Source of the DNA: Octopus sinensis
Taxonomy: Eukaryota
Assembly: GCF_006345805.1 (NCBI RefSeq)
Contig: NC_043009.1
Span: 28,272,001-28,336,000, forward strand
DNA length: 64,000 nt
Direction: 5' to 3'
The notes under the pieces were generated by a model. That model worked only from the letters and a program-made list of their open reading frames with translations. It was not told the origin of the DNA and did not search any database. How positions within the stretch are numbered: position 1 is the stretch's first letter; every line of letters begins with the position of its first letter. Below are positions 40,150 to 54,111 of the stretch, piece after piece. Position numbers and translations under genes: made by a program.

Positions 40150-40848
40150 AATTTTTTCCAATAATAATAATAATAATAATATATATGACTTGAAATGCTT
40201 GCCTTGCCTTAACGTTTGTTGTCCTCTTTAACAATTATATATCCGCTATATTGGAAATCTGCAATGGTTCCATAACTACCATCATGGCTATAACCTTGGA
40301 GCCCTAGTGATCTGTTACAGCACTTACCTGGCATACCTAACCATTTAGATAACCTGTGAACTAAATCCCAATATTTTGCATATATATAGATAGTAATAAT
40401 TTGCGGTTACAGTCAGTTGAACTTGTCATGCTACCAGAACCAAAGGTTATCCTCATGTGTTCTTGTAGGAAAATGGAAAGTAAACTATGAATGTTAATCG
40501 TAATTTTAATTTTAGCTTAAGTTTTTTAATAGTTCTTTTCTCTTTACATATTCCATTTTAGTACATATTTTTGATAAGGTTTTTAAAAAACCGAAACATG
40601 TAAAAGGAAAATTAAAATGCACCCAATTTTAAGAAAGTAGCATTTTCGTTTTTGCTTTTCATAAATATATAGATCGCTAGCCACTATACATTCTTTATTT
40701 TCTCTCCTTGTTTCCTTCTGTGTTCCTTTCCGTGGAAGAGCGTAGGCTTGAAATGTTAAAGACTTTTTCACTTCCCAATCGCTATACTAATACATCTGTT
40801 TGCTGTCTACACCACCTGTCTTCGTCTTTTGTTTTTTCATGAATTCTC

Positions 40849-40921
<73 letters not shown>

Positions 40922-41599
40922 TATTATATGAGATGATTATAAGACCAGAATTCGATTTGATTCCAAAAATAATGCTATCATCTTCAACTCAATACCAGTG
41001 TAGGAAGTTTCTTTGAATCAGTTCACTTTGAAACTGTTGTAAAGTGATGAACCGTTGATAAAATCACAGTGACTAGGATGCACAACTGCATACAGAGTAA
41101 TGTGTATTTGGTGCAGTAGAAACGTATGTTGGTCATTGTTATATGAAGTTTTGATGTATATATATATATGCATATATATGCACACACACACACACACACA
41201 CACACAGCAGTGTGTGTGTATGTCACAACATCGTGTATTATTATGTGAATGCTATTGTATTTGTGTAAGTGTGAGGTTGTGTATATCTGTGTGAAAGTAT
41301 GTCCGTTTCTTTCTGAGTACAGAAGACTTACATACAAGCATAATCTGTCTATGTATCTGTTACTGATAAGTGTGTGTATGTGTGTGTGTGTGTGTGTTTG
41401 TAAAGGTTTCTATTTGAATGTTTGTGTATAAATGTTGTATTTGCAGGCATAATATTTGCATAGACAGAATTGCACAGACAGATTTGTATATATATGATAT
41501 ATGCGGTGCTCCAGCATGGCCACACTCAAATGACTGAAACAAATAAAAGAATACACACACACACACACATATATATGAATGTATATATATATGCGTGTG

Positions 41600-41645
<46 letters not shown>

Positions 41646-41889
41646 GTATCTATATACATGCCTGTCTATCTGTCTATGTGTGTGTGTATACTCATATATA
41701 TATATACATGAATGTATGTATGCATATATATTCACACATATATGCATATGTATGTGTGTATGTGTAAATATGACTGTAGTTTTGTTTCTCTATTATAACA
41801 TTCTATTATTAACTTTTGTTTTCACAACTCCCCATTCAAGTCAATCTAAGTCTGTTACACTGGCACATGGCTAGTTTCTCTTATCATTT

Positions 41890-41894
41890 CATAC

Positions 41895-41952
<58 letters not shown>

Positions 41953-41963
41953 GTCTGTCTGTA

Positions 41964-42005
<42 letters not shown>

Positions 42006-42025
42006 TCTATCTGTGTGTCTGTGTG

Positions 42026-42102
<77 letters not shown>

Positions 42103-42210
42103 ATGTCAGTCTATCAGTCTGTCTGTCTGTCTAGCTGTCTTTCCATCTATCCATCCATCTGTCTGTCCATCCGTCCATCTGTCTATCTGCTTGATTGTCT
42201 GTCTGTCGGT

Positions 42211-42283
<73 letters not shown>

Positions 42284-42500
42284 CATCGTTCTATCTATCT
42301 ATCAATCTATCCATCCATCCATCCATCCATGCATCCATGTCTGTCAGTTCATTTATCTATCTATCTGTCTGTCTGTCTGTCTGTCCATCCATCTATGTAT
42401 GTATGTATGTATGTATGTATATATGTATATATGTATATATGTTTGTATTTACGTATGTATATATGTATGTTTGCATGTATGTACATACGTATGTATTCGT
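41890..42500. repeat. (TCTA)n/(TCTG)n/(TCCA)n/(TATG)n tetranucleotide array
   Basis: Direct reading. Confidence 0.95.
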
Positions 42501-42738
42501 GTGAGTATTTTGGCAAATGTAAACAACAATATTCATGAGAAATAGAGTTTAGATATATAATTTTTTTTTACTACTTCGAGTTTTCTGATGAGAATTTGGG
42601 CTGGCCACAAAATGGTGACTTCTGGCTGCAGGAAATCTGCTTCAATAAAGTCCATCTAACTCTTGTGAGCTTGGAAAAGAGGATGTTAAATTATGATGAT
42701 GAGGATGACGAGATGATGAGGATGATGATGATGATGAT

Positions 42739-42786
<48 letters not shown>

Positions 42787-42835
42787 GTGAGGATGATGAT
42801 GATGATGATAGTGGTGGTGGTGGTGGTGGTGGTGG

Positions 42836-42882
<47 letters not shown>

Positions 42883-43623
42883 GTGGTGAGGATGATGATG
42901 ATGATGACAATGATGGCGATGATGATGAAAAGTGAAGAGTTGAGAGACTAAATGCTGTAATGAATTCAGGTTGGTGCTCTATTATCTCAGTCGCCATTGT
43001 TTCAATTGTGCTCAGTTTCGTGCCACGATTTCAAATAAACCCCACATCAGATATTTTCTCTCAACCTCTTTTTGCCATCCTGAACCATTTTGTCTAATCA
43101 ACAATCCTGCAATTAAAATTCAAATTAGAGTAATTTCTTTTTCCAAAAACGTTATAATGAAATTTACATCGGCGTAGGAGTGGCTGTGTGGTAAGGACCT
43201 TGCTTCCCAACCAAATGGTCCCAGGTTCAGTTGCACTGTGTCATACCTTCTCTTATAGCCATGGGTTGACCAAAGCCTTGTGAGAGGATTTGGTAGATGG
43301 AAACGGAAACTGTGTAGTCTCCAGTTCAATCCTCCTGTATAGCACCTTCATCAAACACCTTTCACTATAGCCCCAGGCTGACTAAATCCTTATGCGTGTA
43401 TTTGACAGATGGAAACTGTATGTATATATATGTGCATGTGTGTATGTGCATCATTGTGAGTGTATGTGTGTGCATGTGTATATATGTGAGTGCATCAGTG
43501 TGTGTGTATATGTGGACATTTGTGTATGCTTGTGTATGTGTGTGTGTGCATGCACATGACTGTATCATTGTGTGTATGTGCATGTGTTTCTCTGTGTGTG
43601 TGTGTGTATGCGTGCGTGTATTT

Positions 43624-43654
<31 letters not shown>

Positions 43655-44214
43655 TGTGTATGTCTGTGTTTGTGTGTATGTGTGTGTATGTATGCATGTG
43701 TGTGTATGTATGCATGTGTGTGTATGTATGCATGTGTGTGTGTGTTTCTCTGTGTGTATGTCTGTGTTTGTGTGTGTGAGTGTATGTGTATGTGTGTATG
43801 TGTGTGTTTCTGTGTGTTTCTCTGTGTGTGTATGCATGTGTGTGTGTATTTCTCTTTGTATGTGATTGTGTATGTCTGTGTTTGTGTGTGTGTGTGTGTG
43901 TGTGTATCTCCTTCACTTGGCCTCATGTGCTAATTGCCTCAACTCTCACTTCATACAAGCAATCTTCCATGGAAACATGTCAAGCTAGTATATTGTTTGT
44001 GTTCAGAGGAGTCAGAGAAACATCCCCTTGTTAGGAAAAAGATTTTTAAAATAAGGCTAACAACAGGAAGAGCACCCAGATGTAGAAAATCTGCTTCACC
44101 AAGGTCTCAGCTAACCTACGCAAGTATGAAAATTTGGACGTTAACATGTTGATGATGGTAATGATATTTATGTCATTGTAACTTAGTGGTTCATCAAAAA
44201 GACCAATAGAACAA

Positions 44215-44533
44215 GTATAGGTACTCTGTCGATTATGATGACTAGGGGTCCAGGCGATCTGATCAATGGAACAGCCAGCTTGTGAAATTAATGTGCAAGT
44301 GGCTGAGTACTCCACAGACATACGTACGCTTAATATAGTTCTCAGAGAGATTTCAGTGTGATACAGAGTGTGACAAGGCTGGCCTCTTTGAAATACAGGT
44401 GCAAATCATTTTTGCCAGTGGATTGGACTGGAGTAATGTGAAATAAAGAGCCTTGCTGAAGAACACAATGTGCCACCGAGAATTGAACTCACAACTTCAT
44501 GATCGTGAGCTGAATACATTAGCCACTAAGCCA
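44215..44533 (-). mobile_element. tRNA-headed SINE related to family C (different 3' body)
   Basis: Minus strand tggcttagtggctaatg...gagttcaattctc...gttcttcagcaagg. Confidence 0.7.
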
Positions 44534-44577
44534 CCAGACTTGAAAAATATATCCTGGGTTGATTTGGTCAACTAAAC

Positions 44578-44923
44578 CAGTGTTTCTCAACCGGGTTCTA
44601 TATGACTTCGGGGGCGGGGCTCATAAGATTTGGGTTGGTGAGGTCCATGCAAGCAAAACAGTAAATTTGGGATCCACAGAAATATATTAAGGACCCATGA
44701 AAATATTTTGGTTTAGATGTATTTATTGCAAGAAATTGCTGTGTTTCTTTCTCTTACATTTTCCATGACACAATCTACAGAAGTGAATGTGCGACAAACA
44801 AAATAGGAATTTTGAAGGAAGTATCTATAAACCTATTTTTTATACATTGAATGGCTCTGGGGGTCCACCAGAATAAGATTGTATCAAAGAGGTCCATAGG
44901 TAAAAAATGGTTGAGAAAAACTG
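44578..44923. mobile_element. hAT (Charlie-like) MITE with a perfect 8-bp TSD
   Basis: TIRs cagtgtttctcaacc / ggttgagaaaaactg; TSD AACTAAAC at 44570-44577 and 44924-44931. It interrupts a family A SINE tail. Confidence 0.92.
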
Positions 44924-46654
44924 AACTAAACCCTTCAAAGCAATGCTCCAGCATGGCCACAGTCTAGTAACTGAAACAAGCAAAAGATGATAGATGGAAG
45001 ATTGATGGAGCAAAGAATTACTGATTTGGTTGGAACCATTTTCCAAAACCAAATGCAAATTGTTCCATCAATCTTTCCTGAAACAGACCTCAGCGCCAAA
45101 TTTTTCCAGAAGTTTTGAATTTGAAATCAGATCAAACTGGAGACATTCTGCCCCTTCAAGTCAATTTGCAACATTAAACTCCCATAAGAGCAACCACAAA
45201 GTACTGGATGTAGTAATTGTTTAAATTCTGCTTTCTAGATTATTCCATACTGTCTTACTCAACATTTTTCTCACACTTACGTGCTGAAGGTGCTTCTGCA
45301 CATTGTCCCCAAATGCAGAAGTTCATTTTATCAGGTAGATTAAGCAGCCATTTTAGGTGTTTCAGTCCCTATTGCTGCAGTACCAGAATTACCTGGAACT
45401 ACTCACCGATGTAAGCAAACAAAGCTTGTGCAAAAGCTTTGTTGTGTTACATGTTGTGACTCTGGGCCAAATGTTTCTATCATCCTCAATGCTTGTTCTG
45501 TCCTTCCTCTTGTGCTCTATCTTAAGCCAAGTGTAATGGCTTGATTTCTTTCCATAGATTTGAAATATCGGCGATCATTTATAAAGGATTTTATACTACA
45601 TGACTATCCAATTTAGTACTAATTAATATATCAATAATTATGGATTGATTAATGAAATTCAGCTGGAAACCAGTCTACCTTGTGACTATTCTCTTCTTTA
45701 AACTACAAAGTGATTAGATCGATCATTGGAAATTGTGAGTTGTGTAAGTGTTATAAGCGGAACCCTTGTAGCTCCTAGGAGGTAATATTGATAAAACATT
45801 TATAACCTTGAATACATAATGAACAATTTCACACAGCTGTATGCAGTCATTAATTAATATGATAACAATATCGAGTAAAGTGATGAATAGCAGACTTGTT
45901 AGAGCAGTGGACAAAATGCTGATGGTATTTGGCTCAGCTCTGTACATTCTGAGACGTTCAAATCCTGCTGAAGTCAACTTTATCTTTTATCCTTCTGATT
46001 TCATGAAACAAATTACCCATCAGGCAACGAGGAATTCTGTCTGTTTCATTTTCTTTCTGTTCTGAGTTCTAATCCATCTGTGATGAACTTTGACTTTCCT
46101 TTTTTTCAAGGGCCTATAAAAATTACTAATTTAAGACCATGGACTGGTGGCACAGTTAGAGGGTCAGCTAAGATGAGTTGCAGAGTCAACTCTGAGTCTT
46201 AGTATTCTTAGTCTTAGTAACAGCAAGCTGCATGAGCCCAAGTTGGTAAACCTGCCATTAGATAAGCATCAGAAGTATGAAGAAGAGACATTTCCTAAAA
46301 AAAAAGAAAGAAAAGAAAACAAATCAAAAAATCTTAGCTAGGCCTACGCATATATGTACAGAGCCCTGCTCAGTCTTGAGCAATGGGGTGGATGGGGTGG
46401 CTTTCTTACAAACATGGAATTCCATTCAAGAAGACTTAAATTTCAGATTATTAAAAATTAAACATCATAGCTCTAGGAGGAACAAAGTACTGGCAATAAG
46501 TTCCAAAGGAGCTATGATTTCAATCATCACCATTTAACATTCACTTTTCCATGCTTACATAGGTCGTATACATGCCACACACACACACATGCATATAGCC
46601 AAATGACATTGGATGTGAAAGATCTCACCTGTTTGAAATCTTTTCTGTTTAAAA

Positions 46655-46740
46655 TTTTGCCTGATGATGGTGGGTTATATGTTAGGATATAATCTTCTAC
46701 AAATGCTTTAATAAAACTCTAGTGAAACAGCTGTTGTAGA
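46655..46740 (+). ncRNA. Degenerate hammerhead-like motif with long stem II
   Basis: CTGATGA at 46661-46667; GAAACAGCTGT at 46724-46734 (palindromic CAGCTG). Stems I and II are only partly paired. Confidence 0.45.
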
Positions 46741-46790
46741 TATTAAATGCAATTTGTGTTTACTTTTTATGTATAACTCTTTCTCTCTCA

Positions 46791-46852
<62 letters not shown>

Positions 46853-46877
46853 GTGTCTTTCTCTCTCTCTCTATGTC

Positions 46878-46948
<71 letters not shown>

Positions 46949-47312
46949 TATAATAAAGAGTACCAAAGAAGTACCACCATGCCAGAAATAGCAGTTAAAA
47001 TCTGACTCTAAAACCACATCATGTATTCATACAGCACAAGTGAAAAGATAAATGAACAAACAAATTAGCAAAAATTCATGGATAATCCCAGATCAAAGAT
47101 TTCTGGCTATCTAGTACCATCCTCTGCTTTCATCAGTGGAAATATACCAAATTTAGTACATAATTACAAAAATATATGTACATGCAACATATGAATACTT
47201 ACATATATACACGTATATACCAGACCAATTCATTTGTCCATCTTACACCATATGGTATATGGTCAAAATTATCACCGCAGTGAATATAATGATGAATAAA
47301 TAAATAAATATA

Positions 47313-47433
47313 TATAATAAGATGAGAAAATAGAGAGGTAATTAATATATTATTGTTTATTAATTAAAAAAATTGACAAATTTTAATTAATAAATAACAA
47401 TTTATTACCTCTCTATTTTCTCATCTTATTATA
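47313..47433. repeat. AT-rich fold-back palindrome (~55-bp arms)
   Basis: tataataagatgagaaaatagagaggtaat ... attacctctctattttctcatcttattata, plus inner arms ttattaattaaaa/ttttaattaataa. Confidence 0.9.
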
Positions 47434-48759
47434 AATAAATATATATAAACCATGGTTTATATAGTTACCATGCATTTGAGTATTAAATGTAATATTAAAT
47501 ATTCTTTGTATAGGTAAATAACCAGTACTTTCATAGGATTTTGCTATCCCTGAATGAGGTTTGTAACCTTTATTTGTTCTTTTGTTAAATATTTATATGA
47601 TGGGATTCTTTCAGTTTCACTCTATCCAAAACCACTCCCAAAGTTTTGAGCACCTCAGGACTGTAGTAGAAGAAACTTGCCTAAGGTGCCTCACAGTGGG
47701 ACTGAACTGGGTTGGGAAACAAGGTCTTTCACCATACAGCCAAGCCCGTACCTATATCAATGTGGAATGATATTCTTAATCAAATGTAAATTGCTTCCTG
47801 ACCAACCTCATCTGAGAGATAGACCCCGGCATGATGAAATTCTCACAAGAAATTTTGGCACAGAATTCATGAAGAATTTCCTGACAGAAGATTTAAATCT
47901 AAATTTCAATGCAATTGGAATTGAAGGAATCCTGTTTCTTCAGTCCAAACTCAACTGGGAAGTCATTTTAGTGCAATCACAACAAGGGTGAAAAACTGGC
48001 AATAGAGTACAAATTAATATCATTCTATATTATCTCACTCTGTATACTCAACATAGGATATCTCTCTACAAATATGAAATATCAGTGATCATTTATACAA
48101 TAATGCCATACTACATGACTATCCAATTTAGTACAAATTAATATATCAATAATTATAGATTGCATGCTGAAATTTAGCCCCAAACCAGTCTACCATGCTG
48201 TTTCACTCTTCTTCATATTACAAAACAGATTGATGAATTCCAAATAAAAACCTGCAGGAAAAAAAAATGCCTCTGCATTTTTATATATGTATATTTTTAT
48301 AAACGATTGCTAGTTTATATTGTTTGATTTTTCTTTTCATATTGGTATTACTATAGTTATTGTTGTTTGCAGTGGTGCGATGCATTGTGCTGGTGAGATT
48401 GTGGTTGTGGTTATGGTTGTTATTGTATTTGTTTTTGTCGGGCATGTTGCTAAGTTTCACTTAATTGTTATATGTACACATATCCTATTATATAAGTGCA
48501 TTTATTATGTGCATATACATACACAAACGTAAGCACAAGCGCATATACCATCATACGCGCAATTTCCTATACATGCCACATGTGCACTATAGATAAATAT
48601 TTACTTATGAATACGGGTATATGTATGTTATGTGTATTATACATACATAAACATACATATATATATATATATATGTACACATGTATGTATATATATGTCT
48701 GTTTATATACTATATATATATATATCTGTGTGTGTATATATATATATATACGTAATATA

Positions 48760-48851
<92 letters not shown>

Positions 48852-49140
48852 GTGTGCATACATACTACGTGCATGTATGTGTGTATGTGCACATGTGTGC
48901 ATACATGTGTGTATATGGCTATATGTATGTTTTATGTTTGCACATATTTCACTGCAGAAACCACCACAAATATGTATTTATATATATATTTTTTATTATT
49001 TACTAATTATTTTTTACATATTGATTGCTTTCTGTCATTTTGTTTTTATTCATCCATTTATGAACGACATTATTACTATTATTATTACTATTATTATTCT
49101 TACTACATATATTTTTGCTATCATCATTATTATTATTATA

Positions 49141-49201
<61 letters not shown>

Positions 49202-49250
49202 CATATTATTATTATTATTATTATTTTCAATATCATTATTATTATCATAA

Positions 49251-49308
<58 letters not shown>

Positions 49309-49781
49309 TACTATTATGCTTGTATTTTCATTAGTGATTTTTTTGGTTTTTTGTTTTTGCATTTCTACCTCTCAATAGCAGTTGTTCTTATATACACAGC
49401 GGGTTTTTTGCAATCAAGGGATATGAAGCTTTTGTGCATGCTCCATTTAACAGAGCGACCATCTATTCAAATGAAACAGGTAGTAAATACATTTATGAAT
49501 AAATGATTCACTTTTATATATTTATTTACTTATTTTATGTATATTTTTTTATAGTTTTCTTTCCTCTTGTTACTTGTCTTTAAAACTTATTTTATTTTTT
49601 TGCATTACACCTTGTTTTTTTAGCTACATTATTATTACTATTATTATTATTGTTGTTGTTGTTGTTATTATTATTGTTATTATTATTATCATCATGATCA
49701 GCATCATCATCATCCTGTGTCTTAGGGGTTAAGGTAGATACTCTTATAGTCCCACAGATATAATTATACATATAAACACAC

Positions 49782-49813
<32 letters not shown>

Positions 49814-49862
49814 GCATTTATATATATGTGTGTATGAGTGTGTGCGTATTTATATATATATG

Positions 49863-49918
<56 letters not shown>

Positions 49919-50845
49919 TAGATAGATAGATAGATAGATTGATTGATTGATTGATTGATTGACTGATTGATAGATATACACACACATATATATATATATT
50001 GTACATATACATACTATACATGCTCAGATAAATCCATACATACATGTATAAATAAATTTCACATATATATATATATGTGTGTGTGTGTGTATACATATAT
50101 ATATATGTAACACACACACCCAAACAAACAGATACACACTAACACATACATATATACACACACTGCAAACTAAAAGTCTGAAGAGCTGGAGAAACGAAAC
50201 ACAACCTTAGCCATTAAAATAAAACAACCTCTTATAAAAGAAACATAAAAAAATCAAAATCAAATAGCACATATGTATAGAACGATTATAGAAAAAAAAT
50301 CCATAAATTTTCCTATATCTTTTTTACATTTGTTTATTTCTGTGTTTTTGTTCATATTTTTGTATTTAGTTTTTGCATGTTAGCTTTTAACGAATTTACT
50401 AATATTTGTGTATTTATTGAATCAGATGTTTTGTATAGCTACAACTTGTACAAGAGCTGTTTAAAAACTAATACTAAGGGATCTATATTTGAAAGATATA
50501 GGAAGTGGGCTGAATAAGAATGGTCCTTTTTATGATGCAGTATGCATGTACTTACATGAATATACACATATGTAAGTACACTACACACACACACACACAT
50601 ATATATATATACATACATGCATATGGAGACGAGTATGAACATTCCCATGTGTTAGACTTGATAATTGTTAAGAGATTCCCTCCACATGAAACCAATGGTT
50701 GCCTTGTTGACCCACAAGTAAAGAATATTTATTCACCAAAATGATGTTGAACACTCATTCTCACTGTTCAATATATTCTCTTGTCAGAGAGTTAGACACA
50801 CACACACACACATCATTTTATATATGTGCTTGTGTGTAGTATATG

Positions 50846-50880
<35 letters not shown>

Positions 50881-51390
50881 ATATATACAGAGGCAAAGTG
50901 GCTGAGTCCTTTTTGAGTGTTGGGCCACATGGAGGCAATGACCGAGACCTTTGGCATTATGTTGTGCTTGAACACGACCCAACAAGCCAAGGAAAATCAC
51001 AGTTGACAGCACATAAAAGCACCCATTACACTCTTGGAGTGGTTGGCATTAGAAAGGGCATCCAGTCATAGAAGCCATGCCAAATCAGACTGCAGCCTGG
51101 TGCAACCTTCCAGCTTGCTAGCCCTGGTCAACCAGTCCTACCCATGCCAGGATGGACAATGGACAGTAAATGATGATGACGATGATGATATGATGATGAT
51201 ATATGCATATATGTATTTGTGTGTGTATATATATTGTGTGCATGTATATATATATTATGTGTGTATATATATATATTATATGTGTGTATATATATGTATA
51301 TATATCATATGTGTTTGAGTATATATATATATATATATCATATGTATGTGTACATAGTTATACATATATATATATATTTTTTTTTTTTAT

Positions 51391-51595
51391 TTTACTTGTT
51401 TCAGTCATGTGACTGTGGCCATGTTAGTGCACCGCCTTTTAGTTGATCAAATCGACCCCAGGACTTATTCTTTGTAAGCCTAGTACTTATTTTATCGGTC
51501 TCTTTTTTGCCGAACCGCTAAGTTACGGGGACGTAAACACACCAGCATCGGTTGTCAAGCGATGTTGGGGGACAAACACAGACACACAAACGTGC

Positions 51596-51626
<31 letters not shown>

Positions 51627-51795
51627 CATACAACAGGCTTCTTTCAGTTTCCGTCTACCAAATCCACTCACAAGTCTTTGGTCGGCCTGAGGCTATAGTA
51701 GAAGACACTTACCCAAGATGCCACGCAGTGGGACTGAACCTGGAACCATGTGGTTCGTAAGCAAGCTACTTACCACAATGCCACTCCTATGCCTA
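51391..51795 (-). mobile_element. SINE family A, near full length
   Basis: Head, internal (TA)n and body are all intact. Confidence 0.9.
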
Positions 51796-54064
51796 CATAT
51801 ATATATATATATATATATATACAAACCTACATATATATATATATACATATATATACATACAAACATATAAATATATGTGTGTGTATATATATTTATATAT
51901 ATATACATATGCATATACATGTATATATAGCTATATATAGTACACTATTAGTTTCAAGAATGCTGCTATTAGTTTCAAGAATGATCAAACAAGTCAAGTA
52001 CTTCTCTAAAGACATAAGCTGACATCTTAACACATCTTGTTCTTAATCAAGGGTGTTCTTGATATTACTTGATTGGTGAGTTTTCTCTAATTATAAAAAC
52101 AAAATGAAGTGTTGACTAACATGACATTTTCTGTTCTGCTTTTGGCAAGTATACTGCAAATAATTTAGACAATAAAATATGGTTGATATCCTAAAGAAGA
52201 AGGTAATGTGTAATGTTTAGGATGCATCTGTTTTTCTTCAGAGCAAAAGAGTGAATAAAGTCCTCAGTGTACACAACTGAAACAGTATTAGACTAAAATA
52301 GTCATCTATGTATTATATTTAATGTATGTACATTTTTGAGAGTCAAGATGCTGAGGATTATCGTCCAAGAGAAAATTTCTTCTTTAAAAACACAAAACAT
52401 ATTGAGTGAGATGGAAAGTTATTCCAAATGAAATGCATGAGAACACAAGGTTCATTTCAGACTTTTGAGACCTTGTCGATAATGTGAACTTGCTGGTCAC
52501 AAGCCTAGACAAAATCAGTTCTCCCTGACGTATACAAAGCAGGCAATAATACATTCGCTGAAGCTGCAGCTATTTCAGTTGTATGTGTTGATTTTTTATT
52601 CAGCTCTACACAATACCAGTTAATGTATTATTCAGTGTTTTCTTTTCATTGGAGGCAAGAAATTTCTTCTAGGTATGTCACTACAAGACTAAAAAAAAAA
52701 CCAACATGCATTTGGCATTCTTGTGAATCATGGCTGGGATAATTGTTCATGTTGCTCTGATATATATTGTATTTTTGAACAGAAAAGATTTTCTCTCAGA
52801 CAAAATCTGCAGCATTATGCCTCTCAACATTATTTATACCCTAAGTATGGTACATAGATTCTATTTTAGTGAAACAAAATGGTAAAAATTCTATCTTTAG
52901 GCTGTTAATCTATGAATAACAGCAGAAACGTTTCCTCTTCAAGGTCCTAAAATGCATCAGCCCCAATCAACCTTATTGAAGGACTGGACACATACTTTAG
53001 GACAGAATGGCTGCAGATTTTACAAAAGAAATAAAAAGTGGTCCTTTACTTTCTGAATAATTGAAGATACATTTATACAGAGTCCACCAGAAAAAATGTA
53101 TGCTTACTTCAGGAAAGCAAAAAAGCTGTGTAAATATTTAACTTGTATAAGTACCCATATAAATATAAAATTCCTTTTGATGTTTTATCAAATAGCAATA
53201 ACACTGAATTAAAATATTCATACAGATTTTTCCTTTCCTGAAGTGTGTATACATTTTTCGACTGACTATATATTAATATATATATATAGATATATGGTCA
53301 TAAAAATATTGTGTTCTGTGAATAGAATATAGAACTTAATTCTATAATGTCATAATATAACATTCATCTTATAAATAAATATTTGATCATCTATAACTGA
53401 TAACAACGTTTGGCACACCCTTGTTCAATGTTCATCATACGTTACTGTCAACATATAACTTAGCAGCTTATGTTAGTTTGTCAAAAGTTTAAAGTTTGCA
53501 CATTTACAGTGAAAGACAGCACTCTGTGCCTACACAAAGATGTCTCCTCTAATCCAACAAAAATAGGTTCATCTTTGACGCCATTTACATATCAGAGCTG
53601 TGGTTAATGTGGGTCTCTTTACTGATACATGTTGAAATGTGGATTAATCTTGTGCTTCCTCCGTTTTATTTCCATATCCAAATCAGTTCGATTTAAAGTT
53701 TAGTTGCAGTAGAGATACTAAATGTTACGCATAAGTTATAATCTCTTCTTTCAAACATCTGATGTAAAGCTTTAGATGACAACACATTTGATGCCTTCTG
53801 TCCATGATTTTCTAAAGTCCTTCTACAGTTTTGACTTTTATGTTCTATGAAATCTCATTTATTTACCATCATGTTAGCACCTGTTAACTCTTGATGTAAC
53901 AAACGTAACAATATGAATGCATTAAGTACAAAGCTGGATTATGGAGTGCACTTAAGCAAAAAGAGAACCTATGTTTATACATACATTTATACGCACACAC
54001 TATCTATCTATCTATCATCTATCTATACACACACACAGTGATGATGAATTATTTCCTTTTTGAT

Positions 54065-54111
<47 letters not shown>

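Noticed and set aside
42585-42640. CTGATGAG ... GGAAAT as a hammerhead (similar cases at 8551 and 19025)
   Set aside because: There is no stem II closing pair and no palindromic or hairpin stem III.
51945-51985. Short direct repeat ctattagtttcaagaatg x2 (and ggaataaccattac x2 near 13070-13102)
   Set aside because: Ordinary local slippage duplications with no further structure.
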